64,000 nucleotides of DNA from an uncultured Phycisphaerales bacterium (GCA_963766775.1 CAVYBP010000010.1:120523-184522), one strand, 5' to 3'. Shown: positions 32,686-46,596, counted from the first letter of the stretch. A program made the numbers and translations. Notes: generated from the letters alone by a model not told the origin.

Positions 32686-33141
32686 ATGCAATGTCCAAGG
32701 TCAGACTTGTCGGATTCCTCAGGCCAAACGCCGACGGCTCTGAGTCTGAAACCAACTGAAGATACGAATGCGCTGCTTGATTATGGCCAGGGGGAGGATT
32801 TGCAGAAAATTCGCCGCTTGGCGCTTTGGGTTGGTATCTCGACAATTCTTGTTCCATTTTATCCAATGGCAATATCGCGGGCTTTGGATCCCGTCCGCTT
32901 CGTTGCCCTGCATCTACCCCCTCATCATGCACTAAAAAACGCGATGTTAATCATTTCGGCGGTTAACGATATCTTCTTAGGAATTGCTTGCTCGCTTTGT
33001 GTATGGGCAATGACCAGAATGTGGGGAAAAAGGGTAGGTTGGGTGCCATTCACTGTGGTTTGGACGAGCATGGTGCTCAATGGACTTTTCTTTATTCTGG
33101 TGTCCATCATGGCGTACTTTATCTTCTCCCACGAGCCTTGA
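32686..33141 (+). CDS. hypothetical small integral membrane protein (3-4 TM) in a locally low-GC segment
   Basis: long ORF with hydrophobic helices, codon usage and GC (~50%) unlike neighbours; no recognisable family. Confidence 0.35.
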   Translation: MQCPRSDLSDSSGQTPTALSLKPTEDTNALLDYGQGEDLQKIRRLALWVGISTILVPFYPMAISRALDPVRFVALHLPPHHALKNAMLIISAVNDIFLGIACSLCVWAMTRMWGKRVGWVPFTVVWTSMVLNGLFFILVSIMAYFIFSHEP

Positions 33142-33285
33142 TAATTTGCATTTTGTTCGGTATCTAAAACTTCTCCGCCGCCTTGTCAAAACTCCCGATT
33201 TTGCATATGATTATGCGTTCTGAAATTCATGTGGTGATCGCCTGCGGGCGCACTTAACAATCAAGCAAATCCATGAGGAGCATTC

Positions 33286-35877
<2,592 letters not shown>

Positions 35878-35919
35878 TGATGCAAAAAAAGCGGGCCGAG
35901 GCCCGTGCTACGAGACCGA

Positions 35920-35960
35920 GGCCTGCGCGAAAGCGTGGGCCTTTTTTTTTGTTTTGCACG
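35920..35960 (+). terminator. rho-independent terminator after gyrB
   Basis: GC-rich dyads (GGGCCGAGGCCC ... GCGTGGGCC) followed by T9 at 35949-35957. Confidence 0.5.
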
Positions 35961-36045
35961 GGATTTGTTGGGTGCGTCGCAGAGCTTCCTTGCCAAGGGT
36001 ATCGTCACCCGGTGCGAGTAGGCGGTTTTTCCGAAGGAGTCTGCA

Positions 36046-36261
36046 ATGCCACGCGGCGATAAATCAAGTTACACATCCAAGCAGAAGCGGCAAGCGGAAC
36101 ATATCGAAAAGGGATACGAAAAGCGGGGCGTATCCAAAAAGGAAGCCGAACGCCGCGCATGGGCGACGGAGAATAAAATGTCGGGTGGCGGCAAGAAGGC
36201 GGGAAGCGGTCGCGGGAAAAAGACCAACAAAGCCCCAGCGAAAAAAGGCGGCCGCAAATAA
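36046..36261 (+). CDS. small highly basic Lys/Gly-rich protein (stress-protein-like), function unknown
   Basis: GGAG RBS 7 nt upstream; 71 aa, KKAGSGRGKKTNKAPAKKGGRK tail; followed by complex bidirectional hairpin. Confidence 0.4.
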   Translation: MPRGDKSSYTSKQKRQAEHIEKGYEKRGVSKKEAERRAWATENKMSGGGKKAGSGRGKKTNKAPAKKGGRK

Positions 36262-36399
36262 ACCGGACGATCAGATTTAAAAGAGTAGCAAAGGCAAAGT
36301 AGCTCCGTAGCGGAAGCCCGGGGCTTTTTGCGTTCGTCATATTTGTGCGAACGATAAAAACCCCGGCCTGCCGCCACGGAGCTTCGGATCGAAGGATAT

Positions 36400-37299
36400 T
36401 TAGCTGTTCACCACCGTGCCTCCGTTGGGATGCAGAATCTGCCCGCTCATATAACTCGCGTCATCGCTGGCGAGAAACAAGAATGATGGCGCCACCTCCT
36501 CGGGCTGACCGGCACGCCCCAACGGAACATCCTTTCCAAAATTCTCGACCTTCTCTTTGGGAAACGTGCTCGGAATCAGCGGCGTCCAGATCGGGCCTGG
36601 CGCGACGCCATTCACGCGAATCTTTTTCTTCGCCAGCAACTGCGAGAGCGACCGCGTGAAGGCGACGATCGCGCCCTTGGTCGCCGAATAATCAAGCAAT
36701 TGCGGGCTGCCCTTGTAGGCCGTCACGCTCGCGGTATTGATGATGGCGGAACCTTCTTTGAGATGCTTCAGGGCATGTTTCGCGAGAAAAAAGTAGCCAA
36801 AAATATTGGTGCGGAAGGTCCGTTCCAACTGCTCCTGTGTGATATCCTCCAGCGAGGATTGGGGATGCTGTTCGGCGGCGTTGTTCACAAGAATGTCGAG
36901 CTTGCCCAGTTGCTGAACCGTTTCCTGTACTGCCTTGCCCGCGAATTTTTCATCGCCGATATCGCCGGCCAGTTTGATGCAGCGCCGCCCTTCCGCGGTA
37001 ACCAGCCGCACCGTTTCGTCGGCGTCCTTGTGCTCGTTCAAATAGACAAACGCCACATCCGCGCCTTCGCGCGCGAACAGAACCGCCACCGCACGGCCTA
37101 TCCCCGAGTCGGCCCCGGAGATGAGGGCGACCTTCCCATGGAGCTTCCCGCTGCCGCGACGATGCTCATCAATCACCTCCGGCTGCGGAGTCATTTCGTC
37201 TTCACGTCCCGGCCGGTGCGGTTGTGTTTCGCCGGAAATTTTCTGTCCGAGGCGTTCCCGTTTGTTCTCACGGACTGATTCTTTATTGTGCGCAACCAT
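36400..37299 (-). CDS. SDR-family NAD(P)-dependent oxidoreductase, YghA-like
   Basis: GKVALISGADSGIGRAVAVLFAREGADVAFVYL, catalytic YSATKGA; N-terminal extension as in E. coli YghA. Confidence 0.7.
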   Translation of the reverse strand: MVAHNKESVRENKRERLGQKISGETQPHRPGREDEMTPQPEVIDEHRRGSGKLHGKVALISGADSGIGRAVAVLFAREGADVAFVYLNEHKDADETVRLVTAEGRRCIKLAGDIGDEKFAGKAVQETVQQLGKLDILVNNAAEQHPQSSLEDITQEQLERTFRTNIFGYFFLAKHALKHLKEGSAIINTASVTAYKGSPQLLDYSATKGAIVAFTRSLSQLLAKKKIRVNGVAPGPIWTPLIPSTFPKEKVENFGKDVPLGRAGQPEEVAPSFLFLASDDASYMSGQILHPNGGTVVNS

Positions 37300-37476
37300 A
37301 CTTCATCTCCTTGCATGATTCATTCATGCAGCACCTTGCAAATCACGCGCCGGGAATAAGCCGCGAGGAGGAAAGAATGCCAACAATGAACGCACGCCGG
37401 GCTATTGAAAACCTTTCGTTCGTTCGCATTTTCGTGATGAAGCAATCCCCGTCCCGCGTGATGGAAATGTTGAGGT

Positions 37477-37917
37477 TCATTCGCGCCAGCCCGCGCACTT
37501 TTTCTTTTCCCCCTGCCGCTTTTTGGAATCGAGCCGGCGTTCCTTGGATCCCTTGCTGGGCTTGCTCTTCTTGCGAGTTTTAGGCTCGACGAGGGCTTCC
37601 ACGATGAGTTCGCGAAGCTTCTCCATGCAAGCCCGCCGGTTGGCCTCCTGCGTGCGTTCGGTGTCGGCGGTGAAGAGGAGATCGCCGTCCGCCATAAGCC
37701 GCCGCCCGGAGAGGGTCCGCAATCGCGTCAAAGCCCGGCTGCTCAATCCATGAAGAGCGGTGACCGCGACCCGCAGTTCGGTTTTGGTGTTGACCTTGTT
37801 GACGTTTTGCCCGCCTGGGCCGCTGGAGCGTGAAAAGCCGAAGCGCAACTGCTCACGGTCGGTCCATACGCCGGGGCCGAGTTCCACGCCAGGTAAAAAT
37901 GTCGCGTGAGTTTCCAT
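37477..37917 (-). CDS. arfB: alternative ribosome-rescue factor ArfB (peptidyl-tRNA hydrolase, GGQ family)
   Basis: SGPGGQNVNKVNTKTELRV GGQ motif and basic C-terminal tail, ~146 aa. Confidence 0.75.
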   Translation of the reverse strand: METHATFLPGVELGPGVWTDREQLRFGFSRSSGPGGQNVNKVNTKTELRVAVTALHGLSSRALTRLRTLSGRRLMADGDLLFTADTERTQEANRRACMEKLRELIVEALVEPKTRKKSKPSKGSKERRLDSKKRQGEKKKCAGWRE

Positions 37918-38325
37918 GGGGTTTTATTCTACTCCAAAACGAGGTGGAACGCGTCACGTCACTTTTCGTGTTGTGCCTCTGCCCGGATGGACCGCTACAC
38001 AGAGTCCCCAATTTGCCAAAATTACCACCCAAGGAAAAATGAGGCTGGCAGGTGCATGTCTGTTACGTAACGAGGCACGTAAATAGGAGAAACTATTTGC
38101 TCTTGCAAACGTTTACAGTATGCTTCTGGGCGTGACCTCAAGCGGTCGCTTCATTTCTTGTAGTAGTTTTCGGCAACTTGTTCGCAGTATCGTGGTTTGG
38201 ATCGTGCCGTTTTGTTCGCATCCACCATTTTTGGGTTGCAGCGTGGTGCCGAATTTTTGAATGCCTGTCTTCCCTTCCGTCCACCGTGGATCGGTCGGCT
38301 CTTACACTTTAGCGGAGGTTGTACT

Positions 38326-39024
38326 ATGCGGTTTCGCTCATTGATACGTTGTTTGGTAATTCCCGCGGTCGTTCTCGGGCTTGCGGGCGTCGCGCATGCG
38401 GCGGCTTTCACGTCGAGCGCAAATTTTGCGAGCTGGGACAACGGCGGCTACAGCGTTCAAAATGACGTCTGGAACAAGAGCGCCAATCCGGAGACCATCT
38501 GGGCCAACTCCTTCAGCAATTGGGGCGTCTCGACCCACCAAAGCGGGGGCGGCGTCAAGTCGTATCCGCATGTCCGGAAATTTATCAAGAAATCCACCAA
38601 TTCGCTCCGCAGTTGCAGCAGCAGCTTCAATGTCTCGGTTCCCGGCTCCGGCGTTTTCAATGCTTCCTATGACTGCTGGGTTCCCACGGAAGTGATGGTG
38701 TGGATGTATCGCGCCGGCGGCGATAATCCCATTGCCAAGGGTTACGACTCCCACGGTGCCATCCCCAGCTTCACGAACGTGACGGTTGGCGGCCATACCT
38801 GGAATGTTTATATCGGCGGCAACCCGAAGGTTGTCTCGTTCGTCCGCACCAGCAATACGACCAGCGGCTCTGTCGATCTCAAGGCAGTGTTGCAACACGC
38901 GGTCGCCAAGGGTTGGGTTAACAACGGCACGATCGATAACATTCAGTTTGGCTTTGAAGTCGTTTCGACCAATAACAATACGGAAAAGTTTACCTGCAAC
39001 AAGTATTCGCTGTCGTTTAACTGA
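38326..39024 (+). CDS. glycoside hydrolase family 12 endoglucanase-like, secreted
   Basis: signal peptide MRFRSLIRCLVIPAVVLGLAGVAHA with GGAGG RBS; GH12 nucleophile motif TEVMVWM and acid/base FGFEV. Confidence 0.55.
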   Translation: MRFRSLIRCLVIPAVVLGLAGVAHAAAFTSSANFASWDNGGYSVQNDVWNKSANPETIWANSFSNWGVSTHQSGGGVKSYPHVRKFIKKSTNSLRSCSSSFNVSVPGSGVFNASYDCWVPTEVMVWMYRAGGDNPIAKGYDSHGAIPSFTNVTVGGHTWNVYIGGNPKVVSFVRTSNTTSGSVDLKAVLQHAVAKGWVNNGTIDNIQFGFEVVSTNNNTEKFTCNKYSLSFN

Positions 39025-40290
39025 CGCACATCACATCGGCGAATGAAGAGGACGCGGATCTCGGCTTGCCGAATCCGCGTCCTTTGCTTTGCGCCGTGAT
39101 ATTCAAGCTATTGTTAATTGGTCGCGGGGGAGGGCCGGGGTGCTGCCGTTTTAATTTGTCCTGGCGGTGCAGTTCTTCGACGCGGGGCAGCATTTTCATC
39201 AGTTCCGCGGCGGCGGGGGAACCGGGATATTTGTCGATGAGTGATTTCGCGGTGCCTTCCGCTTCTTCATAGCGCTGGGCTTTCAGCAGGTCCTTGAACA
39301 ACTGTTCCTGTTCCTTGCGATCTGCGGCCGCGGCGTTATCGCGCAGGGTGGGGAGGTCGAATTGGAGGCGTTCCGCGTAGGTGTCGGTGGGGTATCGTTG
39401 GATGAAATCCTCTGCCGAGGCGATGGCGCGGGCGCCATTGACGGCGATCCGTGGCGTCGGCCAGGTCGGACAGAAGGCGTTCGCGGTTCTGGCGTTCGAG
39501 TGTTTCACGCTGATTCGAGATGTCGGCGGCGAGTTCGTCGACCTCGGGTTCCCTGGGGTATTTTCGCTGCAGCGCGCCGACGATTTCTTCCGCTTCGGGC
39601 CATGCGGAGATGCTCATTAAGTGGCGCAATTGCGAGCGGGCGGCACCGATATCCTCGGTCAACCGCGTGGCATGTTCCATCTCGACGCGGTCACGGAGCT
39701 TTTGCACTTCGGGGTCCGCGGGCATCGAGCGCCCGCAGTTCCTCGAGCCGCGATTTCGCCATGGCCCAGTCGCCGCTGAGCATGTGCCGTTCGACCAGTT
39801 TGCTGATCGCCTCTTTGCGTTTAGCCCAGTGTGCGATGGCATATTGTTCACGTTGGGTCTCGTTCATCATCGCGGAATCGCGGATTTGCTGGAGAAGTTC
39901 GAGCATCTGGGTGCGCGAGACGTCCATCGGCTTTTCTTCGAGCGCCGGGAATGGTGTTGCCGCCATGACATCCACGGTCGTGGCAGCTTTCGATGGAGCG
40001 GGAGGGGTGGGCGTTTGCATGGCACAAAGCCGTTCGAGCAATTGCCGTTGGACTTTGCTTTGTTCCGATTGTCTCATGATAAGTTTGGACATTGCTGCGG
40101 TCGCCAGCAAAAATATTCCGGCGACAATTGAGGTGGCGGTCATCGCGATCGAACCGATCGCAGCAATGTCGCCCCGGGTACTTTTTACTTGAATGATGAG
40201 ACCGAGCACGCCAGCGAGAATAATAATCGCGCCCGAAACAACCAGCGCAATAATGAGCCAATCTAAAGAAGCCCCGAGTTGCTTTTTCAT
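39017..40290 (-). CDS. membrane-anchored coiled-coil/TPR-like protein, split over three frames (frameshifts ~39500 and ~39750)
   Basis: N-terminal TM helix (LDWLIIALVVSGAIIILAGVLGLII) in ORF 39691-40290, helical repeats continuing in ORFs 39336-39851 and 39017-39508. Confidence 0.4.
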
Positions 40291-40391
40291 AAGCCCGCCC
40301 GCGCTTGGGGAGAAGTGATATGCACGGGATCATACAACGGCTTGTGCGCCGCGAGTAGATTAATCTTGGCGATATAAAGCGAATGAAGCGA

Positions 40392-41120
40392 TCAGATTCG
40401 GAAAGCGCCTCGTGCCGACTTGACCCGCTGTGTTCCCGTGGATTTGTTTCCCTGGGTGGCGCGGGACTTGGCGCGTGTGATGCGAGTCGAGCGGCTCTTT
40501 GGAGCCACGCCGTATCGCGCGACGACTTCCTCGACCCGCAGCCATTCGATGTTTTTGCTTTCGATTTGGCGTAAGGACATGTCGCCTTCGTAGGGGTCCC
40601 ACATGCCGATGCAGTCGGAGACCATGGCGACTTTATGACGTCGTGCGAGGAGGCCGAGGACTGCGGTTTTGACGGTCCATTCGACAGGTGCCCCGATGAT
40701 TAAGAATGTTTCAACAGTGGATTCGCTGAGGAGGCGATCAAGTCGCGGGCACTCAAAAAGGTTGAGGCTGGGGAGATCGAAGACGAATTGTTGGATGGTG
40801 CGGAAGCCTTCGACGGGGAGGCTGGTGCCGCAGTCGAGTTGCCATTCAGTGCGGCGGCGGAGGGTGGTGGAGGGCATTTTGGCGTAGCCGGTGGAGTTGG
40901 GGTGGCAGAGGAGGCGATTGTTGCCGCGCTGACCTGGGGCGACCAAGTTATTCAGGCGGGTAGAGATGACCGGGATGTGGGAGCGATGGGCGAGGGTGAA
41001 GAGGCGTTTGAGGGGGTCGTTGAGTTTTTCGGGTTGGAAGACGGGGTAGACACCGTCGGGCGAGAGGAGGTCTCGCTGGGTATTGAGGTCTAAAATGACG
41101 GGGCCGGGAATCGTAAACAT
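40392..41120 (-). CDS. isochorismatase-family (cysteine hydrolase) protein with basic C-terminal tail
   Basis: FLIIGAPVEWTVKTAVLGLLARRHKVAMVSDCIGMWD matches isochorismatase-like fold; start at MFTIPGP; tail PKSRSTRITRAKSRATQGNKSTGTQRVKSARG. Confidence 0.5.
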   Translation of the reverse strand: MFTIPGPVILDLNTQRDLLSPDGVYPVFQPEKLNDPLKRLFTLAHRSHIPVISTRLNNLVAPGQRGNNRLLCHPNSTGYAKMPSTTLRRRTEWQLDCGTSLPVEGFRTIQQFVFDLPSLNLFECPRLDRLLSESTVETFLIIGAPVEWTVKTAVLGLLARRHKVAMVSDCIGMWDPYEGDMSLRQIESKNIEWLRVEEVVARYGVAPKSRSTRITRAKSRATQGNKSTGTQRVKSARGAFRI

Positions 41121-41492
41121 GGCACCGTTTCCTTTTCGTCGGCGCGGGGACGCATCGGCCGCGGTTGCTGGTTCCACCAGTAAATACATCGACCGATTGC
41201 ACGCTTCACTATATGCAGAGTTTTGCCGGGGTTGGATGAAATCGGAAAATTTTGCAGGGTGGAGCGAGGGCGGGGGGTAACCGCGTTATTGGGTGAAAAA
41301 CGGGGATGGTTTTTCGTATAGGCGAAATGGGGGGAGTTCTTTCTTGACAATTTCATCTGTTTCGCTTGAATAGCCGATTCGCCTTCGGGGTCTCTGCCTA
41401 TAGTTTTGGCGGAAAAACCTTATTTAGCCCGGATGTCGTGCGGTCAGGGAAGGCCGACGACGGCGTATTGACACTCTTAGGATTGGACACTC

Positions 41493-44238
41493 GTGGCCAA
41501 AACCGTTCGTAAAAGCACCACTCCACGCCCCGATCCCGCCTCGGGAGGCCCCGACAACTCCTCGGGACACCCCGGCCCCTCCTCGGGAAAGGCCCTGGTG
41601 ATCGTGGAGTCGCCGGCGAAGGCGAAGACGATCAATAAGTACCTGGGCCCTCGGTTTGTCGTGAAAGCGTCGATGGGGCATGTGCGCGATTTGCCCGAAA
41701 AGGGGATGGGTGTTGATACGGAGAATCATTTCACGCCGACGTATGAAATTCTGGCGTCGCGGAAGAAGATCATTGCGGAGTTGAAGTCGGCGGCGAAGGG
41801 TTGCGATGAGATTTATCTGGCGACCGACTTGGACCGGGAGGGCGAGGCGATCGCGTGGCATCTGGCGCAGCGCTGGGATCTTGATCCGCTGACGGCGAAG
41901 CGGGTGGTGTTTAATGAGATCACGAAGACGGCGATTTTGAATGCGTTTCAGAATCCGCGGCCGATTAATGAATCGAAGGTGAATGCGCAGCAAGCGCGGC
42001 GTATTTTGGATCGGCTGGTGGGTTACAAAATTTCGCCGTTGTTGTGGAAAAAGGTCGCGCGCGGGATTGTCGGCGGGGCGGGTGCAGTCGGTGGCGGTGA
42101 AGCTGGTGGTGGATCGGGAGCTGCTGATTCAGGCGTTCATTCCGGAAGAGTATTGGAAGCTGACGGGTATTTTCACGGCGGATCTGGTGCGTGCGCCGGC
42201 ACTGGCGGGGGAGTGGCGGAATTTTCTGGCGGGGAATGCGGCGGAGACGGCCGAAGAGCAGCCGGATGATGGGACGGATTCGGCGGAAGCGGTGGCATGC
42301 GGCAGCGGCGGGTGGGCCGACGGTTGCGGAGAAGACGCGCGTTTCTGGCGGAGCATGCGGCGTTTCGCGCGGAATTGATTGAGGTGGCGGGAAAGAAGTT
42401 TGATCCGAAGGATGGCGCGGTGGCGCGGCAGGCGGCGGAGATGGTCGGCCTGGTGGATATTCAGGTGACCACCGTCGACAACGACGGGACGAATGGCCCG
42501 CGGGGGATTCCGAACAAAGGGCCGGCGACGAAGCTGACGACGGTCACGGGGTTGCCGGATCCGACAGCGGACGGGCGTGAATTTAGCGGTGCGGGAGCTG
42601 AATCAGAAGCTGTCGACGAGCCGGCCGCCGGGACCGTTCTCGACAAGCACGCTGCAGCAGGCGGCGAGCAACCAGCTTGGTTTTGGCGCGCAGCGGACGA
42701 TGCGCGTGGCGCAGCAGTTGTATGAAGGCGTGGAGATCGCAGGGGCTCGGGCGCGGTTGGTTTGATCACGTACATGCGTACTGATTCGCAGAACATCAGT
42801 CAGGATGCGCTGGCCGCGGTGCGGGGTTATATCGGGGAGAATTTTGGGGACAAGTATTTGCCGGAGTCGCCGAATTTTTATGCGAGCAAGGCCGGGGCGC
42901 AGGAAGCGCACGAAGCGATTCGTCCGACGGATGTGACGCTGTCGCCGGCGTCGTTGCGGAACCGCGGGGTTGAATGAAGAGCAGTTCAAATTGTATGAAG
43001 TGATCTGGAAGCGATTTGTGGCTTGCCAGATGACGCCGGCGCAGTGGAATGTGACGGAGGCGATCATCGACGCAGGAGGAAGAAGGCGGAGCGGCGGCGC
43101 GGTGGCGACGTTTCAAGGCGGTGGGGCGGTCGTTGGCGTTTGATGGGTTTACGAAGGTGGCCGGCGTGTATGCGCGGTTTGACGAACAGATTCTGCCGAA
43201 GCTGGCGCAGAGCCAGCCGGTGGCGCCGCTGGATCTGACGCCGACGCAGCATTTCACGAGCCCGCCGTCGCGTTATTCGGAAGCGTCGCTGGTGAAGGCG
43301 TTGGAGGCGGAGGGGATCGGCCGGCCGTCGACGTATGCCTCGATCATCGCGACGATTCAGGATCGGCAATACGTGGAGAGCAAGGGGCGGACGCTGTATG
43401 CGACGGACCTGGGGATCAAGGTGACGGAGAAACTGGTCGAGGGTTTCCCGGACATCATGGAGACGCAGTTCACGCGGAACGTGGAAGCGCAGCTGGATCA
43501 GGTGGAGGAGTCGCAGAAGGACTGGGTGGAGGTGATGCAGGAGTTTTACACGCCGCTGGAGCGGGACCTGGCGACGGCGGAGACAGCGGATGACGCACGC
43601 CCGCGCGGAGGCGATACCGTCGGAGTACAAGTGCCCGACGTGCGGGGCGATGATGGCGTATCGGCTGTCGAAGCGCGGGAAGCGGTTCTTGTCGTGCTCG
43701 CGTTATCCGGAGTGCAAGGGGGCGCAGAACGTGGATCGGGAAGGGAAGCCGGTGGTGCTGGAGGTGACGGACTACAAGTGCCCGACGTGCACGAAGCCGA
43801 TGATCAAACGGCTGGGGCGATTTGGGCCGTTTCTGGGGTGCTCGGGGTATCCGGAGTGCAAGGTGATTCAGAACATCGACAAGAAGACGGGCGAGCCGCT
43901 GCCGCCGAAGCCGCCTCCGGTGGATACGGGGCTGGTATGTCCGAAGTGCGGGAAGAAGAACATTGTGGTGCGGCAGGGGAAGCGCGGGCCGTTCATGAGT
44001 TGCAGTGGTTTTCCGAAGTGCCGGACGACGTTGCAGGCGGAGCGGCTGGAGGAATTCAAGGCGTCGGTGGCGGCGGGGAAGGGTTGGCCTGACGGATATT
44101 CAGGCGAAGTTTGGCGCTGGGAAGGGTGTGGGGAAGGAAGAGGTAGAGGAGGTTGTGGAAGTGGTGAAGGTGAAGAAGGCGAAGGTGGTGAGGAAGGCGG
44201 CGGTGCGGGGGAAGGTGGCGAAGGTGAAGGCGCCGTGA
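41493..44238 (+). CDS. topA: DNA topoisomerase I with 8-9 apparent frameshifts; three C-terminal zinc ribbons and a Lys-rich tail
   Basis: Toprim ([18 protein letters not shown]), [17 protein letters not shown] active-site Tyr region, [30 protein letters not shown], three C4 ribbons ([32 protein letters not shown] etc.); pieces lie in ORFs 41493-42269, 41983-42378, 42297-42725, 42577-42765, 42762-42977, 43121-44092, 43590-44309, 44005-44238. Confidence 0.75.
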
Positions 44239-44328
44239 GTTTTTTGGGCGGGGCTCACAGAGAGCACAGAGAGGATTTTTGGCAGAGGCTTGGTTGGGCG
44301 AGCTTTTGAGAGGGGCTTGCGCTGGTAG

Positions 44329-44826
44329 TTATTTTTTTATGCCGATGAGTTGGAGGCAGCGGTATCCGACCCAGAAAACTGCGGGTAGGGTGATGATGGA
44401 AAGGGAGAACGCCAGGCCGAGGGTCAGCAGGCGGGGGCCGAACTTTGGCGATAATGTTGGCTTGAGAATGCGTAGGGGCGCTTCGACGAGCCAGCCGAGG
44501 GTGTAGCAGATGTTGAAGGCGAATGGGGCGAATAGGAGGGCGAGCGGTTCGACTGCATCGTCGCCGGGTCGTAGTTCGCCGCTGCTGTTGAGTGCCCAAT
44601 AGAAGATGAGAAGGCAGAGAAGGCCGTATGCGGCGAGGAGCAGATTTACGGGGATTCGACGTGCTTCCCACCAAAGGATGCTGTGTATGGGTGTTGGTGA
44701 TTTGGGTGGGGAAAATAACCAGTTAAATACGAATACGACCGCGTTCTTTAGTAGTGCTTCGGGCGAGATGATGATCTCCGTTCGTAATCCGAAAGTGAGC
44801 CAATTTTTTTTGCGAGGTGAACTCAA
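44329..44826 (-). CDS. hypothetical integral membrane protein
   Basis: 165-aa ORF with 4 predicted TM helices; no family recognised. Confidence 0.35.
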   Translation of the reverse strand: MSSPRKKNWLTFGLRTEIIISPEALLKNAVVFVFNWLFSPPKSPTPIHSILWWEARRIPVNLLLAAYGLLCLLIFYWALNSSGELRPGDDAVEPLALLFAPFAFNICYTLGWLVEAPLRILKPTLSPKFGPRLLTLGLAFSLSIITLPAVFWVGYRCLQLIGIKK

Positions 44827-45005
44827 TCATGGGTATATTTTCTTTTCGACCTCGCGTGCCAGCGTAATCATTCTGGACTGGTACCCCACCCATCGAAATC
44901 TGCATCGTGATCGAAGCCTAGATGGCACATCCTGCGATACTACTACAATCGTGGCGACATTTCCTCATTCACTCGTTCATTATTAGAATTTGAGTCTTTA
45001 TTTCA

Positions 45006-46301
45006 TTGTTCACCCACGCCGGAGATATTGTGTCCAATTCACTTCTTGCATGGCTGCGGCTTGCGCGGGTTCCGTCTATTGGGCCGGTGTTGACGAAGCG
45101 GTTGTTGGAGGCGTTGGGGTCTCCGGAGGCGATTTTGGGGGCGCATCAGGGGGTGCTGGCGGGGGTGGAGGGGATTGGGACGGTGCGGGCGAATCAGATT
45201 GTGGGTGCGGCGGCGGGGACGGAGGGGTGGGCGGCGGGGGAGTTGGCGCGGGTGGAGGCGGCGGGGATTTCGGTGGTGACGCAGGTGGATTCGCGGTATC
45301 CGCCGGCGTTGTTGACGATTGCCGATCCGCCGTTGTTGCTTTATGTGCGTGGGGAGTTGAGGGCGGAGGATGCATTGGCGGTGGGGATTGTGGGGGCGCG
45401 GCAATGCAGTTTGTATGGACGTGAGCAGGCGGCGCGGTTTGGGCATGATCTGGCGCGGGCGGGGATGACGGTGATTTCGGGCGGGGCGCGGGGGATTGAT
45501 ACGGCGGGGCATGAGGGGGCGCTGCGCGCGGGTGGGCGGACGATTGTGGTGCAGGGGTGCGGGTTGATGCACACGTATCCGCCGGAGAATGAGGGGTTGT
45601 ATCGGCGGATTGTGGAGTCGGGCGGGGCGGTGATTTCGGAGTTGGCGATGGAGTCTCCGCCGACGAAGGAGAATTTTCCGCCACGGAATCGGATTATCGC
45701 GGGGATGTCGCTGGGGGTGTTGGTGGTGGAGGCGAATCTGCGGAGCGGGAGTTTGATCACGGCGCGGCTGGCGGCGGCGGATTATGGTCGGGAGGTTTTT
45801 GCGTTGCCGGGGCGTGTGGATTCGCCGGCGAGTGCGGGGACGCATCATTTGATTAAGTCGGGTTCGGCGCATTTGGTGGAGTCGGTGGAGGATATTTTGG
45901 ATCATTTGGGGGAGGTGGGGGAGGCGTTGCGGCGGGGGATGGGGGAGGATGCGCGAGGGGCGGGAGTTGAGAAGATGGGCGGTGTGGATGTTGAGGCGCG
46001 GTGCCCGCGCTGCCTGAGGCAGCGGGCGTTGATTCAGGTGGGGAATTCTTGTGTTTTTTGTTCTTCGCAGACGGGTTCTGAGGGGGCGGTGGGGAGTGCG
46101 GTGGTGGAGGTGGTGCCGGAGGTGGCGTTTACTTCGGTGCAGCGGAGGATTTTGGAGGGGATTTCGGGGGAGGGTTCTTCGGTGGATGATTTGTTGGAGG
46201 TGACGGGGATGGCGGCGTCGGTGTTGATGGCGGAGTTGACGATGTTGCAGATACGGGGGGCGATCAGGCGGGTGGGGGGGAATCGGTTTTGTCGGCGGTG
46301 A
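45006..46301 (+). CDS. dprA: DNA-processing protein DprA (Smf)
   Basis: Rossmann-like DprA core (VISGGARGIDTAGHEGALRAGGRTIVV, PRNRIIAGMSLGVLVVEA), C-terminal winged-helix; TTG start (alternative GTG ~45030). Confidence 0.7.
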   Translation: MFTHAGDIVSNSLLAWLRLARVPSIGPVLTKRLLEALGSPEAILGAHQGVLAGVEGIGTVRANQIVGAAAGTEGWAAGELARVEAAGISVVTQVDSRYPPALLTIADPPLLLYVRGELRAEDALAVGIVGARQCSLYGREQAARFGHDLARAGMTVISGGARGIDTAGHEGALRAGGRTIVVQGCGLMHTYPPENEGLYRRIVESGGAVISELAMESPPTKENFPPRNRIIAGMSLGVLVVEANLRSGSLITARLAAADYGREVFALPGRVDSPASAGTHHLIKSGSAHLVESVEDILDHLGEVGEALRRGMGEDARGAGVEKMGGVDVEARCPRCLRQRALIQVGNSCVFCSSQTGSEGAVGSAVVEVVPEVAFTSVQRRILEGISGEGSSVDDLLEVTGMAASVLMAELTMLQIRGAIRRVGGNRFCRR

Positions 46302-46596
46302 AATTGGTAACGGGGGGGGAACCGCCGATGGACGCGGATGAACGCCGATGGTTTTTTAGAACCACAGAGACGACGTAAACACGAAGTTATGAAGGTATGA
46401 AGGGCCACGAAGGAAAACACGACGGCGCGACGAAAAGACGGAAGTATTGATGAATGCGAGGCATTTGAATAAAAAAATCTTGTTAGGAAAATTGAAATTG
46501 CGGGAGGGGATGGTGAATCGTATTTTTAGAAGGTGGTCATTGGGTATCGGCGTTTATCTGCGTTGATCGGCGGTTTCAATTCGTCGTTTGAGCGAT

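Noticed and set aside
41468-41480. TTGACA box upstream of topA as a promoter
   Set aside because: No acceptable -10 element at 16-18 bp spacing; not reported as a feature.
45039-45905. 288-aa minus-strand ORF and Pro/Ala-rich ORF 45076-45684
   Set aside because: Antisense to dprA.
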